From: Octopus sinensis
Lineage: Eukaryota
DNA: 64,000 nt
Reading direction: 5' to 3'
NCBI RefSeq assembly: GCF_006345805.1
Contig: NW_021832531.1
Coordinates: forward strand, 186,001 to 250,000
Translations under genes and position numbers: made by a program
Notes under the pieces: model-generated
What the model saw: the letters and a program-made list of their open reading frames with translations, nothing else
What the model was told of the DNA's origin: nothing
The model's database searches: none
Shown here: positions 12,599 to 25,476 of the stretch, in pieces
Layout of the letters: every line of letters begins with the position of its first letter
Position numbering within the stretch: the stretch's first letter is position 1

Positions 12599-13560
12599 TG
12601 ACGAAGAAATGCTGCGTGCCACATAATCGACACAAATAATGAATAAGAGGGGACCGAGGGGGTCACCCTGTTGGATCCCACATTCTGACCTGATGACTTT
12701 ACCAAAAAAACAGGCTGCTTAGAGTAGAGTATGCAAGAAGAACGATTGGAAATTGCTTGGGACAGCGTTTTTCGACAATCTCGACCATTTAGTCCTTCCT
12801 GACACTATTAAATGCGTTTTTAACATTAAGCTTTAGAGGAATGTGACATTCTTGGGCTTCGAGATTGACAGCTGTGTGGTAGAACTTCACAAGCCCCTCT
12901 GACACCAACACCAAATTGGAAAGCCAGGAACTCCTGGGTCATTTGCGGAATAACGCGCTGTGACATTATTTTTGCAGTCAGTTGTCTGAATACATTGTGA
13001 GCTGCGTTTGGGTGTAATCCACCATCGCCCTTGCGGAAAGCTGTTAGATTGACAGAAAGGATACAGCCAGAAAAAATCCAAAAACAAACCCAATTTATCA
13101 ACATAATAAGGCCAGGCCCGAATCGGTCATCAGAAAGGATGTTATGGGCTTTATACCGTTAATCCTTCCACTGCTGCTGAGTGGGAAGAATGCCAAGCGG
13201 CTGCAACTTCAGAAGTGGTTGACCACAAAATATGAGCTGAGCTCGGTACAGTTGCAATTCTAAAGTCCTCTGGGGCGCTTGGGTGGTTCCGACACAATTC
13301 AAAGTAAACAACCTTAAAAAGAGGTGTTACAGGCGTGTCGGAAGAGATTACACGAACAGCCCCACCGACGTCCTTTTGCAAAGTGGAGAGGCACAAGGAT
13401 TCACACTTGGAGGTTTGGAAGCAAGGGAATCACTAGATAATCAGATCTGGTCAAAATCAAAATGCACAAAACAAGCACAAGCGTCTTTGATACGCTGTGC
13501 AGGAGAGATTTCCGAATTCAAAACAATGTAGAGAAACATTTGCCTTATTTTAAAAACAGA
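12599..13560 (-). mobile_element. CRE-clade reverse transcriptase fragment
   Basis: GAVRVISSD...HP..P; KGDGGLHP.A..NVFRQLTAK; QFGVGVRGACE; KNAFNSVRR; GIQQGDPLGPLLF. Confidence 0.85.
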
Positions 13561-14419
13561 GTGTTATTAGGAATGGCCTGGGAATCAGATTCATTTAAAA
13601 ATTTAATAATTTTTCCAGTTTGCCTGCCAAACCAGAAAGTATGTTCCCCTGATTTAAAAAGTTGACTTTTCAAGTCAATAAATTTTATTCTCGTCGTATT
13701 AAAGTAAAGAAAATGACTTTTATATCATTCCTTTTTTTATTTTTATTATCACGTACTCCTGAACCGTTCTAGCTCCATATTTAGTCTATTTGTTTTCTTT
13801 TAAATAAAAAGTTACTTTAGACATGAAGCCTAGTTTTAAAAAAGTGATAGATTTAATTCTCGATTAAGTCAAAACTTCGATCGAAAATTTAAAAATAAGA
13901 CAAAAAATATATTCATGGCTGCTAAATAAATTCTTACAATTTTAAGACACATTTTTACTTGAATCACTTGTTCCAGGAACTGGCTTTTGTGGAACTACAA
14001 AATTTATCAGAAATTGATTTTAAAAGAAATGACTGCTATTAGCAGCAGTCATTTTTTGCATTCTTTACTTTTTTAGAACTAAGTTTCCCTAGTTAGTATT
14101 TTGATGACGTTTCAATTATTTGGCTATAAAAACTTAGTCGGATTTTTCAGAGAATTTTACTTGAGAACAGGAATTTTTGTTTCCTTTCTGGGACCACATC
14201 GCTGGATTCGAAATCAAAAGAATCATAGATATCACTAAAAGTGTTTTTCGTTAAAAATAAAATCATTTTTTCAATTTTATGTTAATTTCCACAACGAGAC
14301 TCAAGTTCTGTGTTTAACACGATCCATTTCTAGAAAATTTCTGATTGTGTCACTCTCCAAATTTAAAACAATGTAAAGGAACATTCGCGTTAATTTAGAA
14401 ACAGAGGGTTACTAGGAAT

Positions 14420-14960
14420 GGCCTTAATAATTATAAACATTTATTGACTATAAACAGAGAAACGTCACTATTTGTTTACCTCAGAATCACCGGGGTTGAA
14501 TGTAAAAAAGACAAGTTCACAACGAAGTAGTTTATCCCAAACATGTAAAGTACGAGCATCCAATATAGCACTTTGTATGTCATGATGCAAGTTCGTAGTC
14601 GGAGAGGATTTTCGATAGAAACCTGCTAGTAGAACTGACAAATCTAATATGGTAAAAGTCAGTTGTGGTGATTTTTCTAACATTCTCTATGATATGAAAT
14701 AGTTTAAGGCAGAAATTTGATCACTATTCACCTAACTACAGCATTGATGGAGATAGCTAATTGACTTTGCTACTATTCAATGCACTCTGCATATTATTTG
14801 GGACTTTGTAAACAGAATTAAACATCATAGTATTAACAGACCTTATCTACGATCTCCACATCCCTTACTCTCGTGAGGATAAAAAGATATACCTAAGTTT
14901 TCAAACGTCGTCCAAAAGATGCCCAAAAATTTACAATAAAACTTAACTTTATCAAATTAG
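14420..14960 (-). other. Possible spliced coding region, unidentified
   Basis: 71-aa ORF 14468-14683 ends at a plausible micro-intron (gtaaacaaatagtgacgtttctctgtttatag). No recognisable motif. Confidence 0.25.
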
Positions 14961-15456
14961 TTTCCCATTAGGTGGTTAATAAAATCTTAATTATTTGTGT
15001 AACTTATTTGATTAACTTCCTTTTTTAATTAGTTTCAAATACGTGCAATTAGTATGAAAGTTTTGAGGGTATGACAGACAGTTAAATTAAATTATTTTAA
15101 CGAAATTAGTAACATTAATTTTAATTAGAAAATAGAACGAAAATAAGTGGAAATTAAACATTTTTATTCAATTTTTTCAAAAAAATTGTGGCATTTAGAA
15201 GGTATATTTGAATTGGAATCGACAAAAATGGCATTAGAGTAAGTAATTAAAAACTGGAAAGTCCACAAATCGTGAATTTGATGAAAATTAGACATGTCAA
15301 ATTGAAATTTTCTTTTAAATTAAGAAAAAATAAATTTTAGATAACTATTAGATTTATAAATGAATTTTATTTATTTATTTTTTGTATTTAAAAAAATCAT
15401 ATTTTTGGATGGTACACCCAAAAATATAATAAAATAGCAAATTATAAGATTGTAAA

Positions 15457-17620
15457 ATGGAATTTAGCGCAGTAGAACAGTTTGTTGATAATCAAATACG
15501 GCTACTGGAGTTAGAAAAAAATGCAGTAATCCAAAGAGACAAGTTTGAGTAAATTTTTATTTCAAAGCATGTTGAACAACGATCGATGTTTAAAAAAAAT
15601 ATATTTTCAAAATATCTCAAGAACGGTAACTGATTTAAAGCTATTCGAATTTTTATTTGAAGAGTCACGATCTGAACTACGTCAAGGCTAGTAGATGTGC
15701 AAAATAAGTCTTTAGGCGATAACTTTTGTGTAGCCTTACTGTCTGACAGGTCAAAAATATGGGGTCCGATGAAGCTGTGGCGAAATGGAGAATTTGGCAG
15801 AATATTTCTTGCAATTCCTGATCCATTTAACCAAATTAGCTTTGAGCCAAATATAGCATATATCCTGATAAAATCAGAGAACTATGAAATCTATGATACT
15901 ATGCAGTGGTATAATTAAAAAATTCATTGATTAGTACTCTTTTTGAACTACGTAACACAAACTGTCCACTGAAAAATATATTTTTCAGCAATTCTGATCA
16001 AAACCATATAGATAAACAACAAATAAAAAGTTAGACATTAATGAGAAAATTCTATTTTAATTATGATAATAACTAATCATTTTAGATCTTGAATTTTTTA
16101 CTCAAAGACTCAATAATGGGCAAAAAGATGCTGTGAAATTTTCCGTTTTTGAACCCAATTTTTCAATAATACGCGGACCGCCGGGAACAGGAAAAACCAC
16201 GGTGTTAATAGAAATTATTCAACAATTAATAGTTGATAAAACTAAACGAGTTATCATATTTTCTTAAATTTACAGATATTGGTAACTGCATTCTCTAATG
16301 CTGCTGTTGATAACTTGCTTGAACGATTCGGTTCCCTGAACATTCCTGAGGCCTCGTTTGTTAGAATTGGGAACGAGGCTCGAATGTTAGAGGGAGGACT
16401 GGCCAACTCAATATCAAATCAAATGGCAATGTCCGCACATTTTTTAGAGTCAATCCAAAACTCAAATAGTGATTACAGAGTTTATTTATATATTTATAAC
16501 GAAAGGCACGTAGAGATAATATGAATATGTATAACAATGTCAGAAGAACCGAAATGGAAGAAATAATTCGGGCTTCTCGAATAGTATTTACCACATTAGC
16601 CGGTGCCTCAAAACTGAGTTCTTTTTCCGAAAAATTTGATGTCATTATAATCGATGAATGTAGCCAAGTCTTATTAATTTGTAATTATATTTAGGCTTTG
16701 GAAGCAGCATGCTGGATTGGACTGTTATTGTCCAAAAAATGCATCATGGCCGGCGATGATTCTCAGTTACCACCCATAATTATATCAAAAGAGTAATATT
16801 ATTGTTGATTAATTTAAAATTAGAGCAGAAAAAAGGGGTTTAGCTGAATCACTAATGAAGAGGGTTTCGATTCTTCATCCGCAAAATGTCAATATGCTAA
16901 CAATACAATACCGGATGAATGAAAAAATCATGAAATTCCCTTCCAACGAATTTTACAGTGGAAAACTTATTCCACATTCTTCAGTCAAGACGAGTGTTCT
17001 CTAGTTAGTAAAGCTAATTATTACTCTGCAGTAAAATTCCATCTATTCGGAAAAATAAATTTACTTGTTCCTCGATTGTACTAATTGATACTACAAAGTG
17101 CAATTATTTTGAAACTACAACACAACAAGGTTCGAAACATAATCCACGTAATATTTATAATAATTTTTAAAGACGAGGCCGAAATTGTAGCCAAGTGTAT
17201 TGGTCGACTCGTTAAATCTAACGTTCCTCAGACGGCAATTGGAGTGATTTCCTTCTATTCCAAACAGATCGAGACAATAAGAAATCAGATTACTGATTTC
17301 AAAGATGTTGAAATAAATACTGTTGACTCCTTTCAAGGAAGAGAAAAAGAAGCGATAATAATATCGTTTGTTCGGTCAAATCACACAAGTTAAGCCCTTA
17401 AGCTAAGTTTTTAGAGTCTATCGGATTTTTATCCGATTTCAGAAGGATTAACGTTGCACTTACTCGAGCTCGACGATTGCTGATAATAATAATGGATACA
17501 TACACCTTTTCGGGACAAAATAAATATCCTTTCTTACAGAATATGGTCCGTCATCTGAAAACTTCCGCCGACCTATTACTTACTCCACGATACTTTAAGA
17601 ATCATGGTTTTTTAATATAA
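15457..17620 (+). CDS. IGHMBP2: IGHMBP2/SMUBP-2-like SF1B (UPF1-like) helicase, multi-exon
   Basis: N-terminus [21 protein letters not shown] resembles IGHMBP2 AVESFVTKQLDLLELER. Motifs [64 protein letters not shown]. Confidence 0.88.
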
Positions 17621-17849
17621 ATTTTATATTTAAGATGTTTCAAAGAAAAATTGAATATTTTGAGCTAACAAAAAAGACATATTTATAACCATAAAATACA
17701 TCTGCCTTCGCTGTAATATCCGTTGTAATCTTGTAATTCTATTCTTATCATTTATGGTTTCTTAATAAATTATCTTTTGGTCTAAATATATGAAAGACAA
17801 TAATTATTAATTAGACAATTTACGATTAGGTTAAATAAAATGGGTATAA

Positions 17850-18400
17850 AAACACCTGATGTTGATTTTAACACACGTAGTTTCAAACTATTAATATTCT
17901 TCATAAAATACTAATTTTTTACATCAAATTTCTTAAAGTTACAAGAATTAAGCAACAGGGGAATTTCTAATTCTTGTAAATTCAGTAGATTGACAATTAT
18001 CTTTATTGTTTATTAATAATTTTATCATTTACATTTTTTCTAGAAATTCCGCTAAAATTAGAAACTATTAATTGTTTTAATTCAGGTGAAAAAGTATCAA
18101 TAACGATTACACTTTCCTGTAAGAGTAATTAAATTGCTATTTCTTTTTAAAAACTAGAAATATGAAATGACAAATTGTGTCTTTTCTTAAATTTTTAAGC
18201 CAACCATTCAAACCTCTGATTGAGGTATAGTTCAAATTCCTAGCTACTTTTATGGCAACGTTTTTAAGAATAGGTCTTGAAACATGAATAAATTATTCAC
18301 TTGCTTTTAAACAGCATTCATAAACAATTTTATCAAATTTCTGTAACAGACTATCTATTCTCTGTAAAATTTGACTAAAAAAATTTGATTTTAGGGACCC
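17850..18400 (-). mobile_element. Degraded pogo/Tigger CENP-B-type HTH relic
   Basis: FDKIVYECCLK...SRPILKNVAIKVA...NGWL..FKKRHNL, with stops and frameshifts. Confidence 0.6.
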
Positions 18401-19973
18401 ATTATTTATAAAGTTCATATAATTTTGTTTTATTCTAGATACTGCATCTAAACAATACTATTATCAGATAACCTATACTAATTTTATAGTTTTTGACAAT
18501 ATCTTATTGGCTCGTGAAACAATTTTCGTTGATTTTTGGGGCAATTTTAAGCTTTAATTTCAGTGTAAGCTTCCTAACTATAACAAAAAAACGCAAATCT
18601 GCCATAAGAAGTTTAAGAAAATTTTCTTGCAAGACTTTACAGCAAGAGGTTCATGTAATTTTCAAATTTGGAAATTAGTTTGTAAAAATGATCTAATTTT
18701 CAAACTGCCACAAAACCTGGGAGTGCCCCTAAAATAGATTTGTTACAATTAGGAGGTCCGCCTCAAATGGAGGTTGCAAGTCGATTAGATGTGATACTAA
18801 AAGCGGTCTTTCTTCACGAGTTAGACTTTTAAATTCAAATCAATTCAAGGAGACTAACTTTTAAAACCTTTAAGTAAATTACATTTATGGGATATTGTTA
18901 GATTTAAAACATTGTAAAGCTATAATTCGACTAAAGTTTTGATTTTTATGGTGAATCTTTACTTCTTGAATAAAGAATTACTTGTCAGACGTTTTAATTG
19001 TCATTCTACTTATTTTTTGCCTTTTTCCGTGATGTTTTAAGACTCAAACACGTTTGATACATCATTACTTACAATATATAGGAGAAATCATATTTTGTAA
19101 AAGTTTTGTCTCAAATTCTGCATTTTTCTCGAGTAATTGTAATTATTGAACTCCATTTAAAGGGAAATAGAAAGGACTGGAGAAGATGTATTAGCTGGGA
19201 AAAGTAACTTAACTTAGTATATACATCCGACTATATTTATGTGAATAGCCAAGAAGTTTGAGTCCGCACTAAAATTGACTTTAGAACATTTACTCTTTTA
19301 TATCCGAAACACTTTTTTGAAAATTGTAGAATTTTTTTTAATTTTTGTGACAGGTGAGGTTTTTATTGAAGGTATAAATAAAATAAGATTAATGTTTATA
19401 TTTTCTCAACATAGACCGATCAATTGGATTTTAGTGTTAACCGAAAATTTTTATATAAATGAAATGGTACTAATTTTACCAGAAACATTAAATAAGTTTT
19501 TAATGTAAAACATTGAATAATAAAAACTAGTTTTCGTCTTAATTCTTTTAGTTTTTAAAACTAAGATTTTATTATATCAAATCTTTTTTAAGAATTGAAA
19601 AAATTGCTCTTATATACAATTTTTGATTTTTTAAATTTAAAAATAATTTAATTAATAAAAACGATTATTTACTGTCAGGTATATTTTTAGGTCAAAAATT
19701 GTCACTTTCTGTCAACAAATAACCACGGTTTTGATAAAGTAAAAAATGCACAATGTTAATGTTTTTCTTTAGTAGATGCTACTACATACTTGTTTATTAG
19801 AAATTAACAATATCGGTCAGTTTTAAATTGAACAGATAAAAATAAATGAAATAGTTTTAGTATTTGTGCTTTAACAATTTATTTTTCTATTATTGCAAAA
19901 ATTTAAATGTTGATTTTTATCATAAACCTGGTCTTAGATGGTCTATTAAGAATAATTCTTCTAAATGGTCAAA

Positions 19974-21495
19974 AATTAAAAAAAAATTAAAAAACAACCG
20001 TGCGGCGGGTCCAACAAACATCAACGGTGAATTGATAAAGTACTCCCCAATGGAGATCTCACTATAATCACAAATCTCCTGAACGAGATGTTCCATGGAA
20101 ATACCATACCGCCTATTGGGAAAGGAACGCTAATTCCTCTCCAAAAACCCAACAAGCCGCAAGGTCCTCTTAACAACATTCGCCCAATCATACTCTTGAA
20201 CACAATAAGGAAAATCTTCTCGCTCGTAACACTGGAACGTATTAAGGACCCTGTTAATGAATATCTGTCGGCTAGCCAAAGTGGATTCAGGCCTGGGCGA
20301 TCAACTGCAGATGTAGTATGGGGACATAGATGGATCTGTGCCATATCTCAGAAATTTAAAATGGCGACCACAATATTGGGCATTGATATGGGCAGGGCAT
20401 TTGATACAATCCGCAGAGACAAGCTAATGGAGATCCTCAAAACTATTCTTGACAATGACTCGATCAGAATGGTTCGAGCAACTACTTATAGACACCGAGT
20501 TAACGGTGAAGATCGGACCCGTACAATCAAGATCTTTCAAAACAAGCATTGAACGCCCAAGGTGATTCAATATCCCTGTACTATTCATTGTCTATCTTGA
20601 AGCGGCACTAAGAGATCTGAGAAAACTAGTGAAGACTACTTCAATAACTGAAGTGATATATGCCGACGATGTAGACTTTTTGTCTCATGATAAGTCGACA
20701 CTCGAAGAACTGCTGAACATTGCTCCTCATGCACTGGAAAAATGGTTCTTAAAAGGAACATAGAAAAAAACCGAATATGTAACAATCAACCGGGAGGCAA
20801 ATAGAACAGACGAAAGAAAAATGGCGAAACTCGAAAAAAGTTGGAATCTTTTAGGAGATAGTGAAGACATTATGAGGAGAAAGATGCTTATCGACTGTTG
20901 CACTTAACAAACTGCGACCACTTGGCTACAAACCGCGAGGTTTGGAACGGCCTTACGTGCCAAATTATACAATGCTTTTATTAAACCCATACTTTTGTAC
21001 AACGGAGGAGGAACATGGGGAATATCTGAGTCTGAATCAAAATCTCTTGATGCATTCCATAGAAGACAGTTAAGAATTCTATTGGCATCAACTGGCCAAA
21101 GAAAAATCAAGAACTCCCCTATACAATATCTGCAACAGCAGACCCGTCAGTGTGACATTACCGAAGCACGTTGGCGCCTATTGGGCCCCATTCTAAGACG
21201 CGACCGGGATGTTTATGCTAACTGGGAAAATGGAATCATATTACGCAAAGGACGAAAGATCTGCGTCCCGAGGACGCCCACGAAATACATTACCTATTGT
21301 AATCTCAAAAGAACTACAACGCGTTAAAAGACAACTGAAAAATGGAGACGACCTAGATACTCTCAGGAGTATAGCATACAACCGCACATCATGGAAAAAT
21401 TATGACCGAAAAGATAGTCTCATATGTGGCAATGTGGGAACTTAATTAGTTTAAATTACATTATGTTCCTATGACAGTGCTAATAATAATAATAA
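19974..21495 (+). mobile_element. 5'-truncated RTE-like LINE (reverse transcriptase), frameshifted
   Basis: KNNRAAGP, NIRPIILLNTIRKIFS, QSGFRPGRST, IDMGRAFD, QGDSISPVLF, YADDVDF. (TAA)n tail. 12-bp TSD TAAATGGTCAAA (19962-19973, 21496-21507). Confidence 0.92.
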
Positions 21496-21944
21496 TAAAT
21501 GGTCAAATAGTAGTCCATTTTTATGACAAAAGGACGGCATCGAACAGAAAAATAAAGATTAGGCTACTTCAGAAAAAGTTAAAGGGTAAGTATAACCATA
21601 CTTTGTGAAAATATAAAATCTAAAAAAATAAATAATTTTTTAAAGATATTTGAAGCCGGTCTTTAGTAGACAACCAACATAAAGGTTTCATAAGTTTATA
21701 AGGTTTCATGATCCGAAAATATCAGAAGTCTGAAAAGGCAGAGATAAATGTACAAAAACATCAAACAACATCAAGTCACCAAAAACAGTTCAAATATTTT
21801 TTGGAATTAACTTAAAAATCCTAATATTTACTTAATTCATAAAGTCAAATTCGACCAATCGAGTTTTCAAGACGTGAACATGACAAAAAATCACTTAAAA
21901 TCAAGAATTCGTGAAAAAAGAAAAGTCCTCAAGATGTAATCAAT

Positions 21945-22805
21945 TTACTCAGTTAAGCCTTCCAAAATATCCTTAATCTGCTCAGAAGTAAGAAAGGACA
22001 CTTTATGTTGTGTCGTGACAAGAGCAGCCTAACCTACACGAACCAACCAAACCTCAATATTGGTATCACTAATGCTCTCCTGCATAACCTGCTTTAAAAC
22101 ACGAATAGCCATTGTGGTAGAATCAGCCAAAGAAAGCTCAGCGTTGTAATTCTCAATCAAATACTCCTTTGCCCCATCAGATCCAGCCCCAATAGACACA
22201 GCATTATATTCAATGTAGTTCCCAGATGGATCCAAATGAAATCTACAGACATATACAAGTCAATACAGCTGAATTCCGTCCTTTCCAGTGGCTGCCATAA
22301 CAATGGCCACCCCATAAGGACGACTCTAAAAATAATAAAGAAAAACATGCCATTCTCCGTCTTCCTTCTTCGTCCTCCGTAGAAAAGGCCATCATTTGTT
22401 TGCTTATAATCTGAGCGAGATTTGAGGGGGAAATATTCTCGGAAAAGCTTAGAAAGTGATTTTGGGCTTCAATTCTTGCCCTGTCGACAATTAGACGGAA
22501 ATCCGCCATAAAACCACTAACAGAAAACACTTTTATTTAGGGATATATAAATACCGATATTTTCGTCAATTTTGACTATTTTTTCGATACTGGAAGGGAT
22601 TATCAACTTTGATGGAATTCTTTTTTCGGCTACAACAACAATCCCTTCATTGCATTTCACTGCAATCACAGTGGATCCTAACTGTTGATTTTTTATAGGT
22701 AAGGTGTACTTTTACTGACTCGATAGCATACTCGATTTGGTATATTCGACCTTCAGGAGAGAAAGTACTTACTCCACGGTCATATTCTCCTTGATAGGCA
22801 CACAT
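21945..22805 (-). CDS. PSMA5: 20S proteasome subunit alpha 5
   Basis: [46 protein letters not shown]...TNIE. The 24-nt last intron (22029-22052) restores a C-terminus resembling human PSMA5. Confidence 0.93.
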
Positions 22806-23146
22806 TTTACTACAATTTTATATTAAAATAGTATTTAATTAATTTTATATTAAATGTGGTAACAACGACAGCACACCTCACTAGGGTAATGAAATAATTT
22901 ATTTTAAAATATAAAATATATTTAAAATTAACTTTATTTTTATAACTTATTGTGTTGTTTAATAAAATTATTGTGGAATTTGGTTAAACAGCAGCATGTC
23001 CAATTCGGCCTATATCCCATACCGGAATAAAGTCATACTTTAACATAAAGGGTCATAAAACATTCTTGTTTTTTATATTTAAATTGTTTATTATTGTAAA
23101 ATTATATTTAAAAATAACTATCGAAAAAACAATAAAATATTTAAAA
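22806..23146. promoter_or_regulatory. Short AT-rich bidirectional promoter interval (PSMA5/FBP head-to-head)
   Basis: 341 bp between two divergent start codons. Positional inference only; no motif identified. Confidence 0.45.
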
Positions 23147-24266
23147 ATGGAGACCGGTGGGATTGATACTGATCTTGTTACTGTGACTCGATACATCCTC
23201 GAAAGCCAGAAACAACACCCTGAATCAACAGGAGAATTAACACAAACAATCACAGCAATAACAACAGCCTGCAAATCAATCTCCAACGCAGTCCGGAGAG
23301 CTGGAATAACCCAAATGTCACATATCAACAAAATATATCCTAGATACGGCCTCGCTGGAAATATTAACGAAACAGGCGATGACGTCAAAAAACTAGACAC
23401 AATATCAAACGAATTATTCACTAAATTACTCGTCTCTTCAATGACGACTTGTGTGCTTGTCAGTGAGGAAATAAAAGATGCGATTATTGTCCCCCGAGAT
23501 AGGCAGGTTTGGCTGGATTATCCTTATTAAAGGGCTCTTATGTAGTCTGTTATGATCCCCTGGACGGATCCTCTAATATTGACTGTTTGGGGTCAATCGG
23601 GACTATTTTTTGTATCCTAAAAGGGGTAGGATTTGTAGTTAAAATTTAGTCGAAAATGGACTCTTGTGATGACGCTTTAAAATGTGGACGAGAGATTGTT
23701 TGTGCGGGATATGCTCTTTATGGGAGTTCTACAATGTTAGTGTTGGCTTTGGGGGATAAGGTGAATGGATTTATGTTGGATTCGTCCATCGGGGAGTTCA
23801 TTTTGAGTGACAGGGATATTCAAATACCTCGGAAGGGGAATATATATTCAATAAATGAAGGATACTGTCGTTATTGGGATGAGCCAATCAAAAAGTATAT
23901 CGAATCTAAGAAATTTCCAGCTGTAATTGAATTGGCTTATTTTAGACTGGCGAACCATATCGAGCTCGTTATATTGGCTCGATGGTGGCTGATGTCCACA
24001 GGACTTTGAAGTACGGAGGGATATTCATGTATCCTGGGACTAGTCAGGCACCCCAAGGGAAGGTGAATTGTGGTTATTTAGTTTAGCTGAGGTTGTTGTA
24101 TGAGTGCAATCCTATGGCATTCATAATAGAAATGGCAGGGGGAGTGGCTTCTAATGGTTATGGTGCTATTCTAGATGTGGTGCCGACTAGTATACATCAA
24201 CGGCAGCCATTTTTTGCTGGGTCGAAAGAAGATTTGGAAGAACTTATCAATTTAATATCAAACTAA
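23147..24266 (+). CDS. FBP1: Fructose-1,6-bisphosphatase class I
   Basis: AVRRAGITQ|[67 protein letters not shown]. Confidence 0.95.
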
Positions 24267-24499
24267 TCTTATCTAATCATAATAATATTAATATGGGTGG
24301 TTATATTTGTTAATAAAAGTAGACTTAGTGAGTGAGGTGTTTTATAATTTGCATTTAACCACACAGCAAGCTAATTTTATTGTGGTTATGGGTGTAGCTA
24401 ATTTTTAATGGATTTTAAACCATTGAATCAAAAAATTGAAATAATTTACAGAATTAATTTATTAAGTTATTTTTATATGATAACACACATGGAGAAAAC

Positions 24500-25376
24500 G
24501 AGAATATTTTTACGTCTTATAAAATGATGTAAATTTTTAATCAATATGAAGAAAAAAGAAAAGCTTATCAAATTTAACGAAAACTAGAAGTTATTGATTT
24601 CAAAAAAATAATCCTGATGCTACTCAGGAAAATTTGCCTCAGCGGTTCAATATGCCTATTGGAGTGATCAATTCAACGTTGAAGAACATGCAATTGTATG
24701 GATCAAGGCGTCATAAACGAAAAAAGAATATCAAGGGATTGTGCATTCATTTAAATCGTTGTATAAAAAAGGTATGACTTAAAATTTGAGTATGGGAATA
24801 ATTATAGAAACATTTTGATATACAGATGAACTTACCAAATTCAAATTTGTGAATGCTTTATTTTTAATTATTGACGTATGGTATCAAGTCACCGTGGAAA
24901 CTATCAAAAATTGCTTTAAAAAAGCATTAAATAACTGGGCGAAGATAGATTGAAAAATACTCGAAGAATCCACTGACAAAAAAGTATTAAATTTGAATCA
25001 CTTTACAATTAAAGATAATAAAAGTGAAATTATGATTGAGTTTCCTGTCTGTGGACCTGTCTCCTGCGAAGAAAACGCATATCTTGATACAACACAATGT
25101 GAAGAAGATGAGCATGAAGAAATAGATAGCACAAATGACAATCCCATTGGCTATGAGATGCACTTAAATATTATGAAAATATTGAAAAATATTTTTTGCA
25201 GAAATCTGGTGAACATATTCACCTGATTACAAATATGAGAAATATATTGATGAAAATTAAAAATAAGGAACCTAAATTACCGATTACATGACACATTTTT
25301 AATTAAAAAATTTTTTTTCGTTAAATTTAATTAACGAATGTTCAAATTTTGTTTTCGTTAAATGAATAGTCTACTG
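24500..25376 (+). mobile_element. pogo/Tigger relic
   Basis: N-terminal RKLEVIDF, QGIVHSFKSLYKK, W..VT.ETIKNCFKKA, acidic tail; ends ...CTACTG|TA. Confidence 0.65.
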
Positions 25377-25476
25377 TATAAGTACGCTTTTCACTGTTAC
25401 GTGATTTTACATTTAAAGCATCTGATTGCTGGTCTAAAGCATTTTAAAGTGTTATAAGTATGGCAAGTAATAATAA

